Source: Epiperipatus broadwayi (taxonomy: Eukaryota > Animalia > Onychophora). From it: a DNA stretch of 64,000 nucleotides. The DNA lies in NCBI GenBank assembly GCA_028023455.1, contig JAQFVV010000009.1, positions 15,376,001 through 15,440,000 on the forward strand. The letters are read 5' to 3'. The notes beneath the pieces were generated by a model. It was given only the letters and a program-made list of their open reading frames with translations. It was not told the DNA's origin and did no database searches. Position 1 is the stretch's first letter; every line of letters starts with the position of its first letter. This document shows, piece by piece, positions 26,668-40,594 of this stretch. Both the position numbers and the translations under genes were made by a program.

Positions 26668-26840
26668 GATTATTTATCTTTTTGACATATATGTGTTCAA
26701 ATGTATCAGTGTTATGAGATAGGGCGGAGAATGGTGGTTCGTGTGAAAGTCTGTGCTCATATACCCTATATATTAATAGTATACTTTGAAAATTATTCTA
26801 CCCCCCCCTTCTAGTTTTATACTCTGCTTAAACATATCAA

Positions 26841-29800
26841 GATATTCATTTACTGACCAGTAATGAAATAGCTATTTAGATTGGCTATCTAAAAACATCC
26901 CAAGTTTGTTTGGAAATTCTCACTAGCTGAAAAAAAAAAAAAAAATCTAAAATTCAAATCCTAAGCTATGACTATAACAGACAAATAAATACAAATATAA
27001 ATGCAACTTTTGTGCACAAAGATAGATTTTTTTAAATGTGCGTGAAAACAGGGCTACATCCAAGTAATAACATTTAAAATTAGTCTACAAACTTTGCATA
27101 CTCTCGTCTAGTACAGTTTATTCCAATACTTAGGATTTTGACTTCTAAATTATCTTTTCTTATATTGCCATATAATTATAAGTGTGCATTCAAAATATTT
27201 ATCATGGAAACTAGAAACTGAATAAAAGCTTTATATGCACAAACTGAACAATTTTTTAGCAACTGTCATCTGAAAAAAATGTTGTTTTGTGAATTTCAAT
27301 CTATTAAATCATTTATACAATAATTTTTTAAACTGTATTAATTTGAATAATGTAATAATCATTACTAAGCATAAAATGGAGGAAGGGACTTGTGGATGCA
27401 ATAATTTTTTGTTAAAGATTGGATATAAAGGAAAAAAACAAAATGAAAAGTATGTGTTAAATGTTTATGACATAACATGATTTGAAAGTTATGGAGCTGA
27501 GAATTTTTTCATCATATAATCAGTTCATACTCTACTTAGCAAACTTTTCAATACTACTAAATAAATGGATATCTAGCTATTCTTAGATAGGAGCTAAAGT
27601 AATTACTAAGCCAATGGGGATCCATAGGTCAACATAAATCAATATCACAGCAGTTGCTCATAAAGAAAAAGCATAACTAAAATACAATGAAAGCACTACA
27701 ACAGTATGGAGATGTCACATATCTATAAGAACACCATTGTTTGCTTTTAGTTTTTGAGATCTAAGACAATTATTAAGTGGTTTCTTATTATTTAATCAAT
27801 AAAGAATGCTTATTATCGGGAAATTTTCAGGCATCTGAAAATCTTCTCACAAACAGGTCACTTAACAAACCTAAAAAGGAATAAAACAGCCTTAAATAGC
27901 CCACTACAGCACAAAAGGCTTCATCAACAAAATAGAAGATATCCAGATAGTTAGCTAGCAGCTGTTTGATGTTTTACTCTTTAAAATATGAGGAGGTGGA
28001 TACTACCAATTCTTGAAAAAAATGTTCAAATTTCATTCAGATTTAACTTAAAGTCGTGGTGATCAATATGTATGTTTGAGTAAACATCAATACAAAAATT
28101 GATAAATTTATCATTCAAATGCATTAATTAAGTGGGTTTTTTTAAAAAATAAAAAAAAGTTATGTAAAAGATAAATAATCTTAAATCATTGTTTATTGAA
28201 CAATTTCATCCATTAGTTCATTTAACTATCAAACTAACAGCATTTATTACAAACAAAATGTTACCATGCCTTTAAATAAAAAAAACAACTTTGAAATTCA
28301 TATAAATATGAGAAAACTTTATTGCAGTCTTTAGTATGCTTTCAAAATATAAATCAAATTCAGCGTTGAAAACTCATTGTGAATGGAAATAAACGATCAT
28401 GATATAAATATATGATCATGTGATGTAATTTTTAAGAAAGAATAGTCATTTATAAACGTCATGTTCTTGTACACCATAATGCAGAGGTAAGCAAGTTATA
28501 GGATTTTTTTTCCCTTCTAACTAGTCAAAAATTATCTTGTCTAATTTAAGACAGAAATTTACTGATGCAATCAACCATGCCTTCATAAAATTTAAAGAAA
28601 AGAAACAAACCAAAGAAGAAGAAAAAAATCGACATCAGAAATCAGATGTACAAAAAAAAAAAAAGATTGATTGGCACTTAATTGTTTTCCTATTTTGTTT
28701 CTTGTTGATGGAGTTATAGGGTGATGCAGCAAATTGAAATTTTTCCATTGTATGTTGTCAACAATAAAAAAAAAATAATAGCGACCCTAACCTCATCAAC
28801 AGTGACAGAAGCAAGTTAAAATAAACAAGACTGTACAATTCAAGTATTCATTACCAGACTGACAAATACAAATCATTAGAGGAGAATCGGGTTATATGTC
28901 TTGCTGTCGTTTTTTATAAATAGGTGTGTAATTAAAATTATAATAAAACACTAAACCTAACAACTATAACTTTTCATTAATAGTTAAATATTTTCTGATT
29001 AAAATAAAAAGTTTATTTTCTTGACTGATAAATCTTCATATATAGCATGCAAGATAATTTGTATGGCTGTACTTTTACTACAAATTAAATAGCACATCTA
29101 GCGTAGAGCATAAGTAGTTTATTTTTCTTAATATACATTGGAGAAACATACGACACTGGTACAATGTGTCTATTAAATGTATGCCATAATATTATAGTAT
29201 GACGTTTGTCTTTTGTATATAAAGTAGAACAATGAATGTCCAGTTTGTGGTGGTATATTAACATTATTTCAACGAATACATTTGATGAGTTTTTAAAAAT
29301 TATACATGTAAAAAATTTATTTACAGTAGCTTCTATTGCTAGATGCCACTGGTGACAAATATTGCATTTAATGTTTATATTTTAAATGTCAATAAATTCA
29401 TTTAAATAAGTATAATAATAATAATATATTTGATTTGCAGCATTAAGATATATATTCTACATTAGCATTATTTACAATTTGTTGTAAGAGCTTAAATACA
29501 CTAATAAAAGTCATAATACTCAAATTTAGTATAGATAGCATTTGTTCTATCATATATTGTACAAAGTATAGAATTAAGTGATTTGTTTACAATTAACATT
29601 CTTAGTTAGGAAAAAAAAATACCTATAGTTAATAAAAAGTAAAAGTACTATTAGATTTTTAATTACTAATTTACAATCAGATCTATGTAACTATTCCAAA
29701 AGGTCATCTTAGGTTCAAAATCTTAAGGTGTTTTCCAATTCAAGTTTTGGCTTGAATAAAAAAAAAAAAAACCTAAAAATGTGGTTCAGTGCATAGATTC

Positions 29801-30901
29801 CAAATATGAAACCCAAATCTCATCGATAAAGGCAAAAACCAATCTGGGGATGGAAATTTAAATCTAATACCATCTGACATGCTTTTTATTTTATCATATA
29901 TTGTGGAAATTAAAAAATTAAATGGATTATTACTTATAGCTTTACAAAATAAATAACATTACCCAGTTCACTATATAAAATTTTTGTTCCAAATCTATAT
30001 GTATATATTAAGCATTACATTAAAAATTATGAGCCTGTTATTGAAAATTGTTATCAAACTTAGAAAATAAAAGGTTGAACATTAAAAGATGACAATAAGA
30101 AAATCTATAATTTGGTGGCATTTAAAAAAAAGGCACAAATAGAATTGAGCAGTACGATGTATGTTGGTGGTGATTATAAAAATATTCAATGTATTAACTA
30201 AGATAAAAATAAATCATGGACTCAGTGTCCAAAGAAGTATGATATTTCCCTTATTAAAATGAGATCTGCATAATGCTACAATTTTTCTTTTATAGTTAGC
30301 ATAGTGACATTAAAATATGAAAATCCACATTAATTTGATATTTTTACCTTCCAGTTAAAAATAGCAATAAATGGATGACTAGAAGATGCCTATGTATCAT
30401 CCAAAATAAAACCCTAGGCCCTGCTTACAAATTAAGCTTTCTGAAAAAATTTCCAGATTACACCAATAAACAAATCCAAATCATCACAATGGCAAATGGG
30501 TGTACTAACCAATGCAATTTGCAGCTATGGCTAAACATTAAATAAATAGTTTTATCATTAAAAAGTAGATGTAGTATATACAACATAACACTATGATTAC
30601 TACTTGATAAAAAGAAAGGAAAAGGGTGGTTACTTTTAAAATATGATGAAAAAAGCAAATTCACAATAATGTCTTCACAATGAATAAATATGAGTAATAG
30701 AACAATAATGTAAGAAAATTGGAGGGAAAAGGAGACAAAGTGATTAGCAGAATATAATAAATAATGAAGAAATCAAAGAACTCCAATATTCAATAGGTAA
30801 TGTGTAGGTTTTTTTATACAGTAATCAATTCTATAAAAAAGAATTTTAGGCAAATTTTTTTTTAGATAGCTATTCAAATATTGGTCAGTAAATGGGTATC
30901 T
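26841..30901. repeat. Dispersed short repeat family (26841-26895 +, 30862-30901 -, ~50782-50810 +)
   Basis: The copies share GATA(TT/CC)CATT(T/A)A(C/T)TGACCA...AATAGCTAT.TA. The first two are inverted about 4 kb apart. Confidence 0.5.
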
Positions 30902-31611
30902 AGCTTAATTTGAACCGGTTAGATAAGTTTAATGCATATATAATTTTAATATGAAGCAATGTTTACCATTAATAATTTCCTTTATTTATTTACAAAAAAT
31001 GTAAATGTCACAATGTAATTGGCTTTCATAAACCAATAATTTGAACATGATATAAGAGTTTTCAAGTAAAACGGAATAACAACAATTTGAGAAAATTGAT
31101 CTACATAAATTCAAAAACTTGTAATAATATTAATCTGACAACTTTTTTAACCTAGAGAAAATTATAAGGAGTCTCTTCAAATTTATCATTTTAACATGAA
31201 CCATGATTTTCCTAAATATCTTTTTATTTAAACTTGAATCTATATTATAAAATAATGATAAATACATTATAGTATACGAATATGCATAATTTCAAATAAA
31301 ATTTAAAAAACAAAAACAAAGCATACTTGTGTAAATATCCGCAAGTGGCATGGCTATATTTTATCTTTTTTAGTTTGTCCATTTAATTTATGATTTTCAT
31401 CTTATTCATACAAAATAGAATTGAAAACTTTAAATATTAATATTTTAAAAATACTTATTGTAGTTATTCTTGTCACACACACAAAAAGAAAGATAGAGTT
31501 TAACTGTTAAGTTTCATAGATAATTACCAAAAAAAGTAATGAGAAAAAATGTTTATGCATTATATAACTAAAAGGCAAACAGAAAGAATTAATTATTTGT
31601 TTATTTATTTA

Positions 31612-33990
31612 TAACAGTCAACTCTTAAGTTATCAACAATCTCAACCTCTGGTCAAGGCACCTCCTTAAACAACAAAGATGGTATCAATCATCTTTATCT
31701 ATGGTCTAATATATTTATATAAACACTAAAGATTGCAACTTGACAAAGGATTGTGATTAATAATTCAAAGAACTTTATTAAACAAATCTCATTAATCAAG
31801 CAAATAAAACCTATTCTAAAAGGATACTAATAAATAGTCAATTATAACTTTCAAATTCCATATAAAGTACAGTGTATAGTATATATATATCTTTATTCCA
31901 CTTAGTGCTTGGTCTTTATGCAAGAATTCACAATAGCAATCATCATCAATTGGTACCCACTATTTTGATTTACAATCGATTATTCTTTATAAGGAATGTA
32001 AAAAAAAATTAAATAAAAAAATTTTGGTGGCTATTTTGTAACACTGATGACATCATAGAATAGTGATTAATGTCATCTCATCCAAAAGCAAAATAATGAC
32101 TTTTATGCTGAAATTGTATGGCACATATTTTAGTCATAAAACAAATTATAGTGCTGCATTCAATATTTTGATTATAAGCTTAAAATATTAATGAATAAAT
32201 GTACAGTATTTTATTTAATTTTCATCCAGTGTTTTTACGAGACAATTAGTACTTCATTAATAACATATCCAAAGTCAAGATTTTCATTGTTAATGATTGC
32301 AAAAGCAAAAAAAAAAATAAAAAGGTTAATTCAGTACACAAATGTATATCAACACACTACTGTAGCAAACTCGTTCAGCATAAAAATATACAGTACATAT
32401 ATTAGCTAAAATATTCAGTCAGTTAATTCTAAATTAATTTTTTTCTGTCAAAATGAAACTGCTACCATTGCTAATCTAAAATATTTTCAGTAAAAAAAAA
32501 AGAGGGAGGGGGGAGCAAAGAGTTTCAGATTTATAGAATTAATATTAAAAATTACTAAATGTAATTACTCTGCTTCCTCGAATATAAATTATTTTGTAAT
32601 TATTTTCAGATATCCAAAACAATAGAGACATTATTGCACCGGTAAAAAAAAATGCAACACCAAAAAATATATATATATAAATTTCATTTGGTATAAAACT
32701 AAAAATAATTTTTGGTCATATGTAGTAAATTGTGTATAGTATAAATATTAACTAAGATTTCAAACAATCACTTTTGGATTAAAATCTTTATGAATGCTAA
32801 TTACCATCAAATTGAAACTGCTATCCATCTTATTTGAATTGCATTTTTGGAAAAAATGTGAAGATGATTTTATGCAATTAATAATAAATTGTGTATGATG
32901 AAAATGCAATACAAATAAAATAAATAAGATTAATGCCTTTAATTTTTACTTAAATAGCATGTAACTCTGACATTAAAATGTATTGCACTATTCAACATAT
33001 TGCTAAGTCATTGCAAAACATGGCTATCACACTTGATAAAATAGTGACATGTCATGAACAAAAATATCTGCTACAGTTATTGTAGTTGTTTATTTAGATC
33101 AGCAAAGTACACATCGTAACAAAAGTCTTAAATATTGATTACAATATAGAAACTCAGAATGCATTAATTTCTTTTCCCATTTTTCATCACGACTTTTTTT
33201 TTTAAGCTTGCGATTAAGTTTTTGTAATATATTGTATGTTTGTTTGGCTCTTGTTATCCTAAAGATAAATAGCAAGTCTTTATGCTCAATCAAATGATTT
33301 GTTATTAAACATTGTTTTTTTTTTTATTTAATAATTCTTAGTCTACTTTGCTGAACTTTTTGGACAGTGAAAACACAATTTTTTTTTCTAGCAATGTTAA
33401 ACATTTTTTTTAAAGATTCTGTTTAGTCATCTTAGCAACCAATGATCACGAAAAAATCCAAGAAAATTTTTGAGCTTGGAAACCAAACTGGATAATGATG
33501 ATTGGTGAATGGATCACAGGAAGTAACAACTTTAAGTTGCATTATCATACATACATAAATACATATTTTAAATTAATATCTACATAATACACACAGCGCA
33601 GTTTACACAAGCATATAACATATGTTAAGGGTTTTTTAATTTTTATATACACTACATAAGTTATTTTTTAAACATAATTTTCTCAATTCATAGTGTAATT
33701 TTTTAGCTGGAGTAAGTGGCCAAATTTTCCCCCCATAGACAACCATCATAAATGCTCACCCTGCATGTGATATTCTTACTTAATGATGAGTTTTGGGGGA
33801 CAAACTGCACTTGCTATGTGGATAAAAATATATTTGCTAAGACAATAAAGCCAATTAATTACTCAAGTCTTTTAAAAGATTTATAAATGTTGATGATAAC
33901 AGTCAACCCTTAAGTTATCAACAATCTCAACCTATAGTCAAAACAACCTTCTTAAACAATAAAAATGGCACCACCTTTACTTACGTTCAA
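31612..33990 (+). repeat. Two ~100-bp copies of a probable DNA-transposon end (31612-31715, 33897-33990)
   Basis: Both begin TAACAGTCAAC(T/C)CTTAAGTTATCAACAATCTCAACCT, resembling Tc1/pogo-type TA|CAGTC ends. Confidence 0.5.
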
Positions 33991-34053
33991 TTAAACAATA
34001 ATGTATCTATAAAAAAATATTGAATTTTTATATTGTAACCTTATTAAAATGAA

Positions 34054-34520
34054 GAGAGGGGGAGAGAGAGATTGAGAGAGAAAGGAATTGAGAATAGAGG
34101 AAGAAGAGAGAGTAGAGTAGAAAAAATAGGAGAAAAATAGAGAAAGAGAGAGAGGGTAGAGAGAGAAAGAGAAATAAAAAGAAAGAGTAAAAATGGAGGG
34201 GGGGCTAGCGAGAGAAGAGAGGGGGAGAGAGATTGAGAGAGAAAGAAACTGAAAATAGAAGAAGAAGAAGAAGAAAAGAGTAGAGTAGAAAGAATAGGGA
34301 AAAAATAGAGAGAGAGAGAGGATAGAGAAAGAGAAATAAAAAAATAAGTAAAAATGGGGGGGGGGGCTAGTGAGAGAGAAGAGAATGGAGAGAGGGAGAG
34401 AGAGAAAGGAGAAGAGAGAGAGTAGAGTAGAAAGAATAGAATGAGAAGCAGTGGGTAAGAGATTGAGAGAATAGAGAAAAAAGAAGAGAAAAAGTAAGAG
34501 AATAAATAAAATGAGAATCT
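34054..34520 (+). repeat. Purine-rich minisatellite, ~160-bp unit x ~2.9
   Basis: Recurring landmarks GAGATTGAGAG, GAGAGTAGAGTAGAA and GTAAAAATGG.GGGGGGCTAG lie in a near-pure A/G strand. Confidence 0.85.
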
Positions 34521-36099
34521 AAAAAAATGAGAGACTCTTCAGCTAGACACAGCAGAGTTACAATAAAATTTATAAAATGCTGATACACAGAGATCTATGA
34601 CAAGATGAAGGAGAAATCACAGTGCTACCAAATAATCAGAGCACAATAATAATTTAAAATAAATTATTGAGAAAAAATTTCCACTTTTATCCAATATTTA
34701 TTAACCATCCATCAACTCACATTCTCTGAGTACAAGTTACAACCAAAATTAAAAAAAAATCTTTCTGAATAGAATTGCTTATCTAATGTTTCAGAATTAA
34801 ATGCTAATTCAATCATCACTTCTAACAACATGATTTATAAAATTCAATAAAACTAGATTCCATCAGGTGTGCTTCTCTTCTAACATAGGGAATCAATAAG
34901 AGCTACATCTTATACTAGTTCTAATTAATATCACCATATGTAATAACTTTGTAAGTCATTGAAAGATCAACAAGAGTAAATGTTGTCAGGGGTCCTACTG
35001 CAACTCTTGTGATGTACTAAATATGACATTGTTTGCGAAGCAACTGAATAGATAAGTGAATAATATCCTGGAAGATTATAGGAAGTAACCACTCAACTTG
35101 AAGTGACCACATCCTATTACAAGATAACAATATTTATCACAATTAAAGAAAAATATTTATTTAAATATTTAATTGTAAAAATTAAAATATTCACAATTTG
35201 GACTACTTATGGCCTTTTACCCAGGATATCACTGGAGATAGAAAAAAGACAAGGGTGCTTTTTATGACCTTCCATCTTCTCACAAACAATCTCCATAAAT
35301 AATTAAGTGTAAGCTGGATCTTGACATTTACATAATGTAAGTGAGCAGTCTAAATAGCATGGATAATCTTCATTTCAAAGTACGCAATCTTCTATCTTAG
35401 AAGATAATATAGTTTAAATACTTCTTAGATTAAATGTTATTTTTGGGTATCTGCAAATATGATATTACCTGTCACAATGATTTCATCTAGAAATCAGAAT
35501 TAAATGCATGACTTTTTTTTTTCTATGGAAATAAAATACAGTATGTGACTTTAATTAAATAAAAATAATTAATGTTGTGATTAATAAACAGTATTGAGAA
35601 TCCAAGACAATGGCATATAAAAAAATGAAATAAACAGAAACTGAATAAAATTTAAATAAAGAATCAATAGGTTTATTTACAATTCTATGAATATAACACT
35701 GATTTACATAAACTTGAAAAACAATTGTCAAGATAGCGCTGTTACAAAATAATAATCATTGGACTGACAGTATCTACAAATCTTTTTTTTTGTTTAAAAA
35801 TTATCTGCTAAGGCTTCTATTACAATAATAAAGTTACATGATCACCTTATTTAACAGATAATGAGAATGAAGAATTAGCACTGGCTAATTCTTAAATACT
35901 TTCATTAAAATAAGTCATCCCTCATAGAATAATAAGTATCATAAAATTTATATTCTTTAAATAGAGTTATTTATTAAATTAATAGCATATAATTGCTCTA
36001 GATTTATTCATTCTAAGTCAACATATTACAACAATAAGTAACCAGGATTAATAAACTGATCTACTAATATTTGACATTATCAGATCACTACATCTAAGC

Positions 36100-37150
36100 A
36101 AACGCTGATGTATTTTAAAAACAAATATATTTCATATTACAAATAACTACTTTTTATTGTTTAGAATTTCAAGCTAGTAAAATAACTGAGTGAATGTATG
36201 AAATAAATAACTGAATAAATGTATGGGCCACTCATCAGAAGTCATTTGCATGCATAAATTATAAAATCATTGTCCACATAATATAAACTACATCAAATAT
36301 TGAAAATAAGTGACTTACACATCCTTTGGAGAAATTCTGGATGATTACAATAACTACATAGCATGTGTGGATTGCACTTATTAGCCATATGCTTATAAAT
36401 TAAACATCTAAAATTATTAGCTATTATTGGTTGATTTGTGGATGATTATAGAATCATAACAACACAAAAACAGACATGTTGCACTTTTAAGCACTAAAAT
36501 AACCAAGTGCATCCTAAAGAAACTAAATCCTCCAAACTATCTTATCTTGGCATTACATATTAAAATGCAAACAACCTCACCTACTATGGTTAAGAATTAG
36601 CTTTAAACATATCATGAGTGATAGGCCAACAAAGACCCCACAGAGTAATTAGCATGAATAACTGAATACATTCTAAGTATGGCGGCTTCCAAAAACACCT
36701 ACATCTGAAGTAAAAGAGGATACCTGGACTTTGTCACAGCACATCAGGAAAATATGGACAGATGCACTAAGAAATATATGATCCTCTCTAGGGATCTAAA
36801 CACTTTCAAAATATGTGATAACAATCATTGAAAATAGGCACTACCAACTCATGAAACAGAATGAAATACAGATGGGGAATTTATCTGCTCCATACAGCAT
36901 AATAATCAATATAAGTAAGGCCTGACATTATAAGGCCATCAATACTATAGCTAACAATACCAAGATAAAAACATCATGATGACAAACTAAAGCTATATTC
37001 AAAGTTTTAAACACAATAAACAATGTCTGAACCAACTAATATACACTTTGAAAGTCAAACAATGGTCTACATTAATAAAAATAATTAACAGCATATAAAA
37101 TTTTGGCACCAAGTATCAATACTCACAAGTATGGAATATTAAAATTTAAA
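36100..37150 (+). mobile_element. Possible degenerate non-LTR reverse transcriptase relic
   Basis: The peptides NTKTDMLHF and KLSYLGIT (~36460-36560) resemble RT domains 6-7. The rest is disrupted. Confidence 0.28.
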
Positions 37151-40100
37151 ACTATAATAACTAGTGGTCATGAATGGAAATGTGAATACAATGTGAGAAT
37201 GATAATTCTCAAAGCATAACGTATTTAGGAATAAAGTTACTATTTCACTTATGCAAAATATAAAAGAACAACTTCTGATAACTATTTTTGGCTGTTTGGC
37301 AGATAACGGAGTAAAAATACTGTATATTTGAAATAGATATTGTGAGAGATAAAATCTCCACTGACTTAGAATAAGCAAAGTAATACTCTAACTTGTAAAA
37401 GCACATATTAACTATAAAATAAATATTACTTGTTAATGTGTAGACTATCTACACATTTATAAATCCATAAAAATTAAATTTACACAAATTAAATACCTGG
37501 CACTTGTAATATTACATAAAATATATTAAAAATTTCAAAAGAAAAATATTGCATAAAATTTTTCTTTCCCCTCTTTTTTTACCAACAAGAAAACCTTAGT
37601 TCATGAGCAACAATCTCCGCATGATGCCGTCCATTGAGTGCACTTAATATTAATTTGACAGGCAAACATTTTGCGAAGCTTCATGGGTCCAATGAAATAT
37701 TTCAAGTATGGCAAAAGAATTTATGAAACAAAACATAAAACAGTTCTTATATCTAAATAGTTCTGAATTTAAGCAATTCCTAGATATTATTAAGACAGAC
37801 AACAAATACTCATATTTAAACAATAATTCATCTTGACAATGAAGATGATAATATAACTTTTCAGCTGACAGAAAAAAACTTTTTGGAATTCCATAGGTTA
37901 ACTTAGCTAAAACATAGCTTCATTTTTAATTTTTCTTAAAGACACATATTTGAAGCATTGAAATTATTTAGGCACATTTTTTTTAATGGTTTATAAGAAA
38001 TAATAAAATATTCCCAGGTCATATTTTTCAGCTATTCTCTTTAAACAAATTACGTGAGCATTTTTGTTTCTTTTGGCAAGGAATACAACTGGCTATAAAA
38101 TATTTCTGCTAAAGACATTGTATAGGTTAATGAATTAATATTTTATATTTGTCATAAATGGCAAATTATATTTCTCCAAAATATTAATTGAAGAGTTCTA
38201 GCATAGTAATATATTTTTAAAACATCATTATCATATGAAGAATTTTATTCTAAAGCAGGTAATTATTCAAGCATTTCTAAAATTATTCTTTGAAACAGTT
38301 CTAGTAGTAATTCAAATGTTAATAGTAAAACAGGTGAATTAATACAGTGCATTTTTTTATTTTTTTTTAAAAAAAAACTTGAAATATACAGCTCCTCAGG
38401 CTATGTGTTTTAATCTTTTTTTAAAAAACTTTTAAAACTTCTGTTTAGAAACAAAGCAAGCACGAATAAAACTGTGAAATTGTCCTGCTTAATTTTTAAA
38501 TTTTTTGTCAATGAGTATAACAACTGCAAGTTATTACAACTTATTTTAAAGCAAAATTTATTTAAATGACTGCTGATAAAATTTAACTTTCTCGAAAGCA
38601 TTTTACTGATTAAGAAAGTTCAATTGCAACTTGGCATCAAGCAATGGGAGTACTTTAAAAGTTTATTGGGGCACATTGCTGATTGTAGAATAACCAAATT
38701 GAAGTTAACTACTTTCACAAAAGCAAATAATAAAAATGTTAACAAAAATAATACTTAACAAATGAACTTGTTGTGCCAGTGGACATCAGAGAGAGAACTA
38801 TCAAGATGATCCAAAAAAAAAAACCAGAAGAAGGAGCAGCAGCTTACTTCCCACCTTAAAAACCTTTATTTATAGTATTTTAAATTACCCTCCTTTTTTT
38901 TAAAGCTGTCAATTTCTTAAAATACCCAATCAACAAAACTGTTATATATATTTTTTCTTTTCAAACTCAATTGCAAGACAATTCAATCTATTAAATGATG
39001 TCATTTTGATCTAGATTCTTAACAAAAAATGATATGTGATCCAACAAATTAATTTGGAATAAAGTTTTCTTATATAATTAAAAAAATAAATCATATTTAT
39101 TTTTCCTAAAGATTGAATTACCTTAATAGATTTCTTGATTAAAATTACAAAGCCATAATTATTTATTTACCAAATTAATATTATTAATATTATAATCATT
39201 TATCTTTAATTTTTAAACATGAGTTTAAATAACTCAAAATAAATTACTTTAGGAATTATAAAACATAATTTCCCAGCATTCACATGTACATACACACACA
39301 TTTGACCCAAGGAAATAATGATCCAAACTTAACTCATTAATAATTGCTTTTAAATAACTAATTGTAATTTAACAATGACCTAATAAAATATTTAAAGTTA
39401 TTTAATGCTAAACTAACTTTAATAAATTTTAACACTGACTTTTAATAAACTAATATTTTTAACTTTTATGCTATTATTCTAAAAATTAATAAAGGCTAAC
39501 TTTAAACTAATTTGATATTCTCTGCTCTCCTAATTATTAAACTATCACTAAATATTATTTTCTGGAACATACAACAATATGAGATGGTTATTTAATTAAT
39601 AACTGCTATTACTGAAAAAAAATTAACTTTCATATTTAAAATAAATATAAAAGTAATACAAAATACTTTGCACACAAGTTGTATTAAAGTATTTTACAAC
39701 AAGACCATCGTTTGTTACTCATTTTACTTATGAGTTAACTATTTTTTTAAAAAAAGAAATTAGATAAACATGCAAATTAGTTAAGCTAAGGTCAGGAATT
39801 GGAATAAGTGTAAAAACACTTAGTCACAATATATAGAAATATATTGTAAATGAATATCCAAAAGATATTAAAATTAAGTTATGGTATTATTAATATTTAA
39901 TGATTGCCTTTAATTTTTCTTAAAAAAAGATTAATCAATTTTTTTTTTTTATTCTTTTGTTCTTATAAAATGCTGCACCAATAGTAACAATTCACTTTAT
40001 AGTACTACAATAAATAGATAATAAAAATAATTAATGGACAGTATATAGTAATGTCATACAGATATCCAGACTATTATCTGACTATTAGCCTTCAACAATG

Positions 40101-40594
40101 AGAATAATTGGATTACACTTACAATAAAACCACTATAGCAATAATCTTAAAATCTGTAGTTAAAAAAAAGTATTAAAATAATAATTAGAAATGAATAAAT
40201 TTCATATTTATTCATCTATAAAGTATAATAATATCCATTTTCTTATGTCATATACTTAAGGATCAGTGAAACTGTATCTGCAGCATGTATTCTTATGGCA
40301 CTGTATTACTATTGTGAATTAAAAAATTAAAATTTCATCAAAATAATAAAAAAAAAGACAGAAATTCATGTTAGTAATACATATGCTCTTGTTACTGCTA
40401 TACTTATATTCAAGATATGGAATAAATATTTAATGAAGACTGAAAAAGCTTTTATGGATGGAGGATGTCCACCAAAAATTATTCTAATAGACAATATATT
40501 GCATCAGAAAGTACTGAATGTATATGGAGACTAACAATGAATACACCAAAAAACATGATATTGAACCATTTATTATAAATAAAGGATGATTGTG

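Larger units (their letters stand above)
25503..26767. mobile_element. Hammerhead-ribozyme-bearing tandem/inverted retroelement (retrozyme- or Penelope-pLTR-like), single insertion
   Basis: A ~475-bp unit is repeated directly (25501-25975, 25976-26180) and then inverted (26181-26767). The exact direct repeat ATATATTAATAGTATACTTTG flanks it at 25482-25502 and 26768-26788. There is no convincing ORF. Confidence 0.9.

Noticed and set aside
25482-26788. CRISPR array or viral genome interpretation of the repeats
   Set aside because: There is no short repeat-spacer periodicity and no cas or viral ORFs. The context is eukaryotic and the TSD indicates retroposition.
26841-30901. A 4-kb DNA transposon bounded by the inverted pair at 26841 and 30862
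   Set aside because: A third copy at ~50782 shows a dispersed family, and I found no TSD or transposase between them.
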